A DNA stretch of 64,000 nt from an uncultured Christensenella sp. (GTDB lineage Bacteria > Bacillota > Clostridia > Christensenellales > Borkfalkiaceae). A model generated the notes under the pieces. It worked only from the letters and a program-made list of their open reading frames with translations. It did no database searches and was not told where the DNA came from. Positions 57,719 to 64,000 of the stretch are shown one piece after another; the first letter of the stretch is position 1; each line of letters opens with the position of its first letter. Location: NCBI GenBank assembly GCA_964435195.1, contig CAYSYT010000003.1:554-64553 (forward strand), written 5' to 3'. The position numbers and the translations under genes are program-made.

Positions 57719-58627
57719 TTAACCTTTTATACCGCCCATAGAAACGTTGCCTATAAGACGTTTATGGAAACATAAAAATACTATAAATATCGGTACGAAA
57801 ACTATCATACAACCCGCAAGTTTATGCGGCGTACTGTTTATTACGCTCTTTCCAGAGAATGTATACTTGTACAATCCGAACGAAATAGTAGGATGATTCG
57901 GCAAATAAACGAGCGCGGTCTGGAATTCGTTCCAATAATTTATAAATTGCAACAACATAACCGTAACGAACGTAAACTTAACTAACGGCAACATTATCTG
58001 AAACAATATTCTGTAATTGCCTGCCCCGTCGATTTGAGCCGCTTCCGAATAGTCTTTCGGTACGGATTTGAACGCCGCGTGAAATACCAAAAAGTACATT
58101 CCCAAGAAGTTGAAAGATAAAAGCCACGTACCTATTATGTTGTCGTACAATCCTAAATTCATAAGCATCTGAACTTCCGAAGGAAGCGAACCTACGATAG
58201 GCAACATCATAGTAACGAGTACGGTTCCGTAAATAATCGAGCACGCTTTGTAAGAAAAACGAGCGCAAGCGTAAGCGACTATACAACACGATAACGTACG
58301 GAAAAACGAACAACCGCCTGCGTACAAAATAGTATTAAGTAACATTTCCGGTATAAATACGGGTCTGTTGTTTTTTACTCCTACGTAAAAATTCGCAATC
58401 GCCGTTTGATAATTTTCCAACGTCCACGTCGGCGGAAGCCCGAGCGAATCCATACCGTAATCGATTTTATCCTTAAACGTGTTCATTATTCCCCAGCCGA
58501 AAGACATCGCGAGAGACAAAACGTAAATTATAAGAACGACAAGACAAATAATCGTAAAAATCAAATTGACCGCGGATTTTTGTTCGCCGACTTTATTCTT
58601 TTTAGATGTTTTTAATCTTTTTGTCAT
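57719..58627 (-). CDS. carbohydrate ABC transporter permease (CUT1, LplC-like)
   Basis: 302 aa, 6 TM, with the EAA loop YSEAAQIDGAGNYRILFQIMLP. Confidence 0.88.
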   Translation of the reverse strand: MTKRLKTSKKNKVGEQKSAVNLIFTIICLVVLIIYVLSLAMSFGWGIMNTFKDKIDYGMDSLGLPPTWTLENYQTAIANFYVGVKNNRPVFIPEMLLNTILYAGGCSFFRTLSCCIVAYACARFSYKACSIIYGTVLVTMMLPIVGSLPSEVQMLMNLGLYDNIIGTWLLSFNFLGMYFLVFHAAFKSVPKDYSEAAQIDGAGNYRILFQIMLPLVKFTFVTVMLLQFINYWNEFQTALVYLPNHPTISFGLYKYTFSGKSVINSTPHKLAGCMIVFVPIFIVFLCFHKRLIGNVSMGGIKG

Positions 58628-58630
58628 ACA

Positions 58631-59554
58631 TCAATCCTCACTCGGTCCGAATTTATTAAGTACGAACCTTATACCGAAGGTAATAGGAATCGCAACTATC
58701 GTACATAAAATACCGATTGCCGACAAATACGGGTAATCGGAGAGCCTGCCGTTTTGCACGCCTTTATAAAGGTAATAACCCAATGTAATATCCGACGGGA
58801 AAACGTCTGTACCGTAGAAAGAATATAAATTCATTTGATTAGTGAATATTTGCACCACGCTAACCGTTACGAATACGACGAAAGTCGGGTAAACGAGCGG
58901 CACGACTATATGTATAAACTCTCTGACAAAAGTAGTGCCGTCTATTTTTCCCGCTTCGATAACCGAGTCCGAAATATTGTTCATCGCGCCGAGGAACATA
59001 AGTATCTGCGTTCCGAACCCGACCCAAAGATTGTATATGATAATCGTAGTAAACCTCGTATCGGAGTTGGCTAAAAGTCCGTTCATTTTAATTCCCAAAA
59101 TATTTGCAAAACCCGGAAGTCCTTTTTCTACGAACTGACGGTAAACGGCAACCATAACTATACTCGATACTATCGAAGGCATAAACAACATTACCTTAAA
59201 AAATCCGTGTCCCGGCATTTTTTTGAAAATATAATAGGAAAAAATCATTCCCAAAACTATGCCTACGCAAACGTTTACGACCCACGATATAAGCGAATTT
59301 TTAATTGCGGTGGTAAAAGTCGTGGTAGTAGAAAATTCAGTGAAAAATTTACTGAAATTTTTAAACCATACAAACGTCGTCTCGCTTGTTATAACGTCGT
59401 ATTCCTTTAAGGACAACAAAATAGAATTAAAGTTAACGCAAATATAAAACAAAAAAAACTGTGTAAGCGGTAATACTACCAACGAAATAAAGAAAAGCAA
59501 ATCCTTTCTTTTTTGTTTTTGCATTCCGCCCTTTTTACCCATAACCGTTTCCAT
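58631..59554 (-). CDS. carbohydrate ABC transporter permease (CUT1, LplB-like)
   Basis: 307 aa, 6 TM, with the EAA loop VIEAGKIDGTTFVREFIHIVVP. The exact start is uncertain. Confidence 0.88.
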   Translation of the reverse strand: METVMGKKGGMQKQKRKDLLFFISLVVLPLTQFFLFYICVNFNSILLSLKEYDVITSETTFVWFKNFSKFFTEFSTTTTFTTAIKNSLISWVVNVCVGIVLGMIFSYYIFKKMPGHGFFKVMLFMPSIVSSIVMVAVYRQFVEKGLPGFANILGIKMNGLLANSDTRFTTIIIYNLWVGFGTQILMFLGAMNNISDSVIEAGKIDGTTFVREFIHIVVPLVYPTFVVFVTVSVVQIFTNQMNLYSFYGTDVFPSDITLGYYLYKGVQNGRLSDYPYLSAIGILCTIVAIPITFGIRFVLNKFGPSED

Positions 59555-59559
59555 AATTA

Positions 59560-61278
59560 CTATTTAATACCGTTCCACCAACTTGCCGTCTTTGAAGAAA
59601 CTATTCCTTCATAATAGTTTTTTGCCGTAACACTCGAATTGTCGTTGAAAGTCGACGACGGAACGTTATAAGTAGTTCCGTTTATGGTAGTTGTCCAAAT
59701 ACCGTTTGAAAGCGGATTAAACATAGAATAATTTTTTATCGCCGTCACGTTCGAGGAATACGGAGTAACTATATCGGAATTTTTATAATTTTCGTAAACG
59801 CTTCTGCCGAAGTTAGACATCGAACCGAGTTCTGCGTCGGTAAGCGTAAAATCGTACGGACGAATAAGACTCGTTATCTCGGTGAACGACGCAAGAGCAG
59901 AGCGTGTGTGAATGTATTTAACAAAAGTTTCCGCGACCTTTTCTTTATTTGCGGCAATTTTTCCGTTAATGAATAACGCCGAGTTGTAAGCGTCGCAAGT
60001 TACGGCTTTCTGACCTATTTGCTCGTCCGTGGGATGCGGGAAAGGTAAGAACGCAAAATTACGATTTTCTTTTTTAGCGCTTGTTCCGTATTTCTTTTCA
60101 AGCCTGTTAAAATAGTCGGTCGCTTCGTTTTCCCAATGGCAACCTTCAACCAACATAGCCGTACGTTTTCCGCTTTGAGTATCGAAAGCGCCGTTGAGGA
60201 ATTCGAGATGCGCATCGCCTTGCTCGTAACTGCCGAAACAGTAATTAGAATCGTAATAATTTGTATTTTTAACAAGTTGTTCTACAAAAGAAAGCGCGTA
60301 ATATCTTCCCGCCTGACGTTGCAATTCGTAACCGTTATCGGTAGTAATCGTCGTTGCGGAATCCATGACGGGATTTCCGCCTGCGTCGAATTCTTTAATA
60401 AGATTCGTTGCGATTCCGTCGTAAGTATAGTTCAAACGCATTTGTTCCGCGCCTTCGTTGTTTGCCCACAAGCAATATAACATTCTGTACATATAAAACT
60501 GATATTGCCCCGCCCAAACTATCGGCGTAATTGCACGTTGAGTAGCCATTTCGTTGCAAAGAGCGAAAAATTGTTCGTAAGTTGCGGGCAACCCGTCGTC
60601 ATAAGTACCCTTTTTGCCGTCCGGACCTGCGGATAGCGTACCGTTACTACCCGTGAACACGTAATTAGAACCGTTCTTTTTTGCGGGACATTCATCGTTT
60701 TCCGTCGCTTTCGTAACGTCGCCCGCGAAATATAAACCTTCTTCCGTCCACACGTCGACGTCGTACACTATACCCGTATAGTTGACGTTAAACGGCAGAG
60801 CGTAATAATGCCCGTCTTTTTTGAAATAATCGATATATTGCGAAGACATTTTTCCTTCAATCGTTTGACCTGCCTCTCCTACGTCGGTCATATCCGCTTG
60901 AACGACGTCCTTAATATCGTGCATATGCCCTGCGTTAGCGACGGTATAATAATCTACGTCTTCCGTAAAAATAACTTCGGTTTCGACACCCGGCATATAA
61001 GAAAGCAAATTGTTTCCTCCGGGAGCGTCCGTGCTGGTAGTAACTTGTACGCCCAACTTACCTTCTTCGAACGAAGTGTTTGCAAACTCTTTTTCGAAGT
61101 CGAGTGCCCATTGCTTAAGCCAATCCGAGCCGTAACCCGACGGAACGACCGAAACGGAAAGTTGAGTTTTGGTATCGTCTATCGGACGATTGTCATCCGA
61201 ACCGCAACCGCCGAGTAAAGGCGTTGCAAACAGTAGCGCCATTATAACGCTTAAAAACTTAAATGATTTTTTCTTCAT
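59560..61278 (-). CDS. extracellular solute-binding lipoprotein (large LplA-type sugar-binding protein)
   Basis: 572 aa with lipobox LLGGCGSD. Its position is upstream of the two CUT1 permeases. Confidence 0.8.
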   Translation of the reverse strand: MKKKSFKFLSVIMALLFATPLLGGCGSDDNRPIDDTKTQLSVSVVPSGYGSDWLKQWALDFEKEFANTSFEEGKLGVQVTTSTDAPGGNNLLSYMPGVETEVIFTEDVDYYTVANAGHMHDIKDVVQADMTDVGEAGQTIEGKMSSQYIDYFKKDGHYYALPFNVNYTGIVYDVDVWTEEGLYFAGDVTKATENDECPAKKNGSNYVFTGSNGTLSAGPDGKKGTYDDGLPATYEQFFALCNEMATQRAITPIVWAGQYQFYMYRMLYCLWANNEGAEQMRLNYTYDGIATNLIKEFDAGGNPVMDSATTITTDNGYELQRQAGRYYALSFVEQLVKNTNYYDSNYCFGSYEQGDAHLEFLNGAFDTQSGKRTAMLVEGCHWENEATDYFNRLEKKYGTSAKKENRNFAFLPFPHPTDEQIGQKAVTCDAYNSALFINGKIAANKEKVAETFVKYIHTRSALASFTEITSLIRPYDFTLTDAELGSMSNFGRSVYENYKNSDIVTPYSSNVTAIKNYSMFNPLSNGIWTTTINGTTYNVPSSTFNDNSSVTAKNYYEGIVSSKTASWWNGIK

Positions 61279-61292
61279 AAATTATCCTCCTT

Positions 61293-62300
61293 TTATATAA
61301 GCGACACGAATCTGTCGATTTGTTCTTCCGTCGTTAAATAAGTAGTTGCCAATCTTACTACGCGTTGTTCTTCGTTCCAGTAATGCAAATCGTAAACCTT
61401 CGTAATTTTTTCGTAAGTTTCGTCGTCGAAAATAGCAAATACCATATTCGATTGAACGGGGTAAGCTGTTTTAATGCCCTTTTCCGCGAGTTTTTCGCCA
61501 AGCGATTTTGCCGCGTTGTTTGAAAGAATCGAATTTTTAATCCAAAGTTCGCTTTCGAGTATAGCCGCCATCTGCACGCTCAAAAACTTTGATTTAGACA
61601 TGTGTTGAAGCGATTGTTTTTGAGAATATTTAAGATAATTTGCAAATTCTCTCCTACGGAAAACAATCATTTCTCCCATCATTGCGCCGACCTTCGTTCC
61701 TCCGAACGAAAACGCGTCGACGCCGGTTTTTTCAATCATATCCGTAAGATTAGTACCGAGTGCCACAACGCCGTTACCGAGACGCGCGCCGTCCATATAA
61801 ACGTACATATTTTTCGAATGAGCGTAGTCGCACAACGCCTTAATTTCGGCGTTGGAATAAACCGTGCCGAATTCCGTCGGCTGCGTAATCGCGATAACCT
61901 TCGGGTTGTATTTATAGTTTTTTACGCTACGCAAAAGTTTATCGACTAACTCGGTAGTGAGTTTCCCGTCGGGACTTTCTATCGCAAGAATTTTATTTCC
62001 CAAATTAAATTCGAGCGCACCCGCTTCGTAAGTGTTTAAATGCGTTTGTTTTGCGCATAAAACCGTAGACCATCTGTCAAGCATAGCTTTCATTGCCATA
62101 ACGTTAGCCGCAGTTCCGTTAATTGCAAACGTCGTATAAATCTCGTCAGAAAAATAACGTTGCATAAGAGCGGTAGCCTTTTTCGCATAACTCTCTTCAC
62201 CGTATCCGCCGTCAATCGGTTCATCGTTAATTTTCGCGATAGCGTCCAGCAAATCCGGGTGAATATTTATCCATACTTCGCCTCTGAAATCTTTGAGCAT
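61293..62300 (-). CDS. threonine aldolase / beta-eliminating lyase family PLP enzyme
   Basis: 335 aa with the pattern INGTAANVMA...ITQPTEFGTVY...DGARL...SFGGTKVG (putative PLP lysine). Confidence 0.75.
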   Translation of the reverse strand: MLKDFRGEVWINIHPDLLDAIAKINDEPIDGGYGEESYAKKATALMQRYFSDEIYTTFAINGTAANVMAMKAMLDRWSTVLCAKQTHLNTYEAGALEFNLGNKILAIESPDGKLTTELVDKLLRSVKNYKYNPKVIAITQPTEFGTVYSNAEIKALCDYAHSKNMYVYMDGARLGNGVVALGTNLTDMIEKTGVDAFSFGGTKVGAMMGEMIVFRRREFANYLKYSQKQSLQHMSKSKFLSVQMAAILESELWIKNSILSNNAAKSLGEKLAEKGIKTAYPVQSNMVFAIFDDETYEKITKVYDLHYWNEEQRVVRLATTYLTTEEQIDRFVSLI

Positions 62301-62326
62301 ATTCTACCCCTTTTGTTTTTTATTAA

Positions 62327-62355
62327 ATTTTAAGTCCGTTGAACGAATTAGTCAA
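62327..62355 (-). promoter_or_regulatory. sigma-A type promoter of the leftward carbohydrate operon
   Basis: The minus strand reads TTGACT, a 17-nt spacer, then TAAAAT. Confidence 0.5.
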
Positions 62356-62378
62356 TACCCTTTTCGATTTGCGATTAA

Positions 62379-62428
62379 AACGCTCAAAAGTTGCTCGTTA
62401 ACGCTCAAATAAACGATCAAAGCGAGCA
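62379..62428. promoter_or_regulatory. candidate DeoR operator repeats
   Basis: AACGCTCAAA at 62379 and 62400, and AACGATCAAA at 62412. The last two are bracketed by the inverted repeat TGCTCG/CGAGCA (62392-62397 and 62422-62427). Confidence 0.35.
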
Positions 62429-62467
62429 TTACTGTGTTTTTTGGCTGAAAGTATTTTAAAAAAACAG

Positions 62468-62497
62468 TTGACATTATTTCTTCCGTGTGTTTATAAT
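62468..62497 (+). promoter_or_regulatory. sigma-A type promoter of the DeoR regulator gene
   Basis: TTGACA, an 18-nt spacer, then TATAAT. It lies inside the ORF-track N-terminal extension of the DeoR ORF. Confidence 0.5.
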
Positions 62498-62522
62498 TAG
62501 AAAAACGAAAGGAAATTTAACG

Positions 62523-63275
62523 ATGTCGTTAACTCACTACGAACAAAGTCTTTTAGATTTACTGTCTTCTAATACCGAAGTATCGGTTACGACGATAGCA
62601 AAACGGTTATTTGTAAGCAAACCGACCGCAAGGCGTTATCTCGCCGCGCTCGCCGAAAAAGGTTTGGTAATAAGAACTCACGGCGGCGCTATCTTAAACA
62701 ATATGTCGGAAAACAAAAACGTTCCGCTCTATTTACGGCTGTCTAAAATGAAAGCCGATAAGGTTACGATTGCCCAAAAGGCGGTAAAACTCATTCAAGA
62801 CGGCAACGTTATTTTTTTGGATTCTTCGAGTACGGCTTTTCATATGCTCCCGTATTTGGAAAATTTCAGAAATCTTTTAATACTTACCAACAGTTTGAAA
62901 ACCGCCATAACTCTTACCGAAATGGGTATTCAAACGGTATTAACGGGCGGTAAAGTAGATTCTTCCAACTTTGCCTGCAACTCTCACGAAACCCTCGAAG
63001 CCATAAAAAAAGTAAATGCGGATTATTTCTTTTTTTCCTGCGATGCGTTATCCGACGACGGTAAACTTACCGACAATTCTCAAACGGAAAGTTTCGTAAG
63101 ACAGGAATTTATGAAATACGCCAAAACCAACGTCCTGCTTATCGACAGTAGCAAACTTCATAAAAAATGTTGGTATAACCTTTGTTCTCTCGATAACGTA
63201 GACGAATGTTTTTGCAACGTAGACCTACCCGATAAGTTGACTTCTATGCTAAAAAAAGACACCCCCCCCCGTTAA
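62523..63275 (+). CDS. DeoR/GlpR family transcriptional regulator
   Basis: N-terminal DeoR HTH (VSVTTIAKRLFVSKPTARRYLAALAEKGLVIRTHGGA) and a C-terminal DeoR-C sensor domain. The start is set at ATG 62523. Confidence 0.88.
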   Translation: MSLTHYEQSLLDLLSSNTEVSVTTIAKRLFVSKPTARRYLAALAEKGLVIRTHGGAILNNMSENKNVPLYLRLSKMKADKVTIAQKAVKLIQDGNVIFLDSSSTAFHMLPYLENFRNLLILTNSLKTAITLTEMGIQTVLTGGKVDSSNFACNSHETLEAIKKVNADYFFFSCDALSDDGKLTDNSQTESFVRQEFMKYAKTNVLLIDSSKLHKKCWYNLCSLDNVDECFCNVDLPDKLTSMLKKDTPPR

Positions 63276-63441
63276 ACAAATCGGTAAACCGTTTATTTAA
63301 ACGGAAACGGCGCAATCTCGCAAACAAACGGTATGTTTTGAGCGAAACGCGCCGTATTTTTTTTCATTTTTTGGTCATAACGCTCAATACCGTTTTAACG
63401 GCTTGCAAGTATAATCATCCGAGGCTATAATATTTAACGTT

Positions 63442-64000
63442 ATGAAAAAACAAACGTTATTACAAGAAACAAAGCGGTATTTATTTATGGTTATCGGCTG
63501 CATATCTTACGCGCTCAGCGTAAGAACTTTTTTAATCCCGTGCGAAATAGTCGGAGGCGGGGTTAGCGGAGCGGCATCGCTTATCCATATACTTACGGGT
63601 TTACCCGCAGGCGTATTTATCATTGCGATAAATCTGCCGATACTCGTTATGGGGTTCAGACTAATGGGTTATAAATTTATTATCCGTTGTCTTATAACCA
63701 CGGTAGTCCTCGGCTTGTTTACCGATATTTTTGCGTTCGTTCCGAAAATTACCGATAACCCATTACTTGCGGCTATGTACGGCGGAATTTTACAAGGCAC
63801 CGGAATAGGTTTATTCATTAAATTCGAAGTATCAAGCGGCGGAACGGAATTGCTCGGACGCGTAATACAGCATAAAATCAAAATCGGAAGCATTGCGACG
63901 TACGTGGCTCTTTTAGACGCCTTGGTCGTCATAATCGCGGCAGTCGTTATGAAAAATCCCGAAAACGTTCTGTATGCTCTTATATTGATTTTTATAAGCG
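63442..64000 (+). CDS. YitT family membrane protein (partial, runs off the window)
   Basis: An open frame runs from ATG 63442 to the window end: MKKQTLLQETKRYLFMVIGCISYALSVRTFLIPCEIVGGGVSGAASLI... This is a typical YitT/DUF2179 N-terminus. It is absent from the ORF track because there is no stop in the window. Confidence 0.75.
   Translation, partial: MKKQTLLQETKRYLFMVIGCISYALSVRTFLIPCEIVGGGVSGAASLIHILTGLPAGVFIIAINLPILVMGFRLMGYKFIIRCLITTVVLGLFTDIFAFVPKITDNPLLAAMYGGILQGTGIGLFIKFEVSSGGTELLGRVIQHKIKIGSIATYVALLDALVVIIAAVVMKNPENVLYALILIFIS

Noticed and set aside
2286-62522. N-terminal extensions given by the ORF track for several genes. Examples: pyrF to 2372, SBP to 11103, infB to 24640, pdaB-like to 40719, oxidoreductase to 42899, 1685-aa gene to 52843, DeoR from 62487.
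   Set aside because: In each case an internal ATG (or TTG) is preceded by a good Shine-Dalgarno sequence. It also starts at the conserved family N-terminus or signal peptide, while the extension overlaps the upstream gene, a terminator or the gene's own promoter.
63669-63932. An 87-aa minus-strand ORF near the window end.
   Set aside because: It is antisense to a much better-supported plus-strand YitT-family frame that is open from ATG 63442 to the window edge.
1-64000. CRISPR arrays, tRNA/rRNA genes, transposases, integrases and IS inverted repeats.
   Set aside because: All non-coding gaps are 361 nt or shorter and are explained by promoters, terminators and leaders. I saw no regularly spaced short repeats and no recombinase-like ORF. 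The boundaries of the accessory region (about 29.5-43.8 kb) therefore cannot be defined as a mobile element.

Overview
This is a 64-kb window from a moderately AT-rich, CpG-rich genome that looks like a spore-forming Bacillota/Clostridia member. Supporting evidence: rimP-nusA-ylxR-ylxQ-infB-rbfA-nrnA-truB-ribF synteny, a PolC-type N-terminal domain, a PdaB-like deacetylase, and a Gram-positive LexA (Cheo) box. Almost all genes are on the minus strand.

Layout:
- 1-8.6 kb: pyrimidine biosynthesis operon (pyrC-carB-pyrK-pyrD-pyrF-pyrE-pyrB), preceded by a PyrR-type attenuator. There is no carA or pyrR here.
- 8.6-11.2 kb: polar amino-acid ABC transporter.
- 11.3-18.9 kb: housekeeping and miscellaneous genes (tandem ferritin-like protein, VanZ, MalQ, CPBP protease, SDR, EF-P, M24 peptidase, TIM-barrel protein).
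- 18.9-29.5 kb: the conserved ribF...rimP block. At the syntenic polC position sits a 509-aa protein with only the PolC N-terminal, OB and exonuclease domains, followed by ispG.
- 29.5-43.8 kb: an accessory, mosaic region. It holds a truncated phage terminase, an ArpU-like regulator, an intact three-gene operon of unknown function, a perfect LexA box, large membrane-anchored beta-propeller/SH3b proteins, a strongly AT-rich XRE plus membrane-protein module, a pdaB-like/SSB-like pair, a Gfo/Idh/MocA plus 2-TM protein operon, and a phage baseplate-like gene.
- 43.8-63.3 kb: a DeoR-associated carbohydrate-utilisation-like locus. It has a solute-binding protein, two permeases, a DUF4838-like lipoprotein, and three very large secreted multi-Ig/beta-helix-like proteins.

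The most striking direct observation is in that last locus. The last ~520 codons plus the terminator of two neighbouring giant genes matched at every position I compared across two ~1.6-kb copies 2.96 kb apart. Identity ends abruptly, and homology becomes diverged upstream of the boundary. A 48-codon ORF missed by the ORF track is translationally coupled to one of these genes.

I found no rRNA, tRNA, CRISPR array, transposase, integrase or reverse transcriptase. All functional calls come from motif and family recognition by eye; no searches were run.
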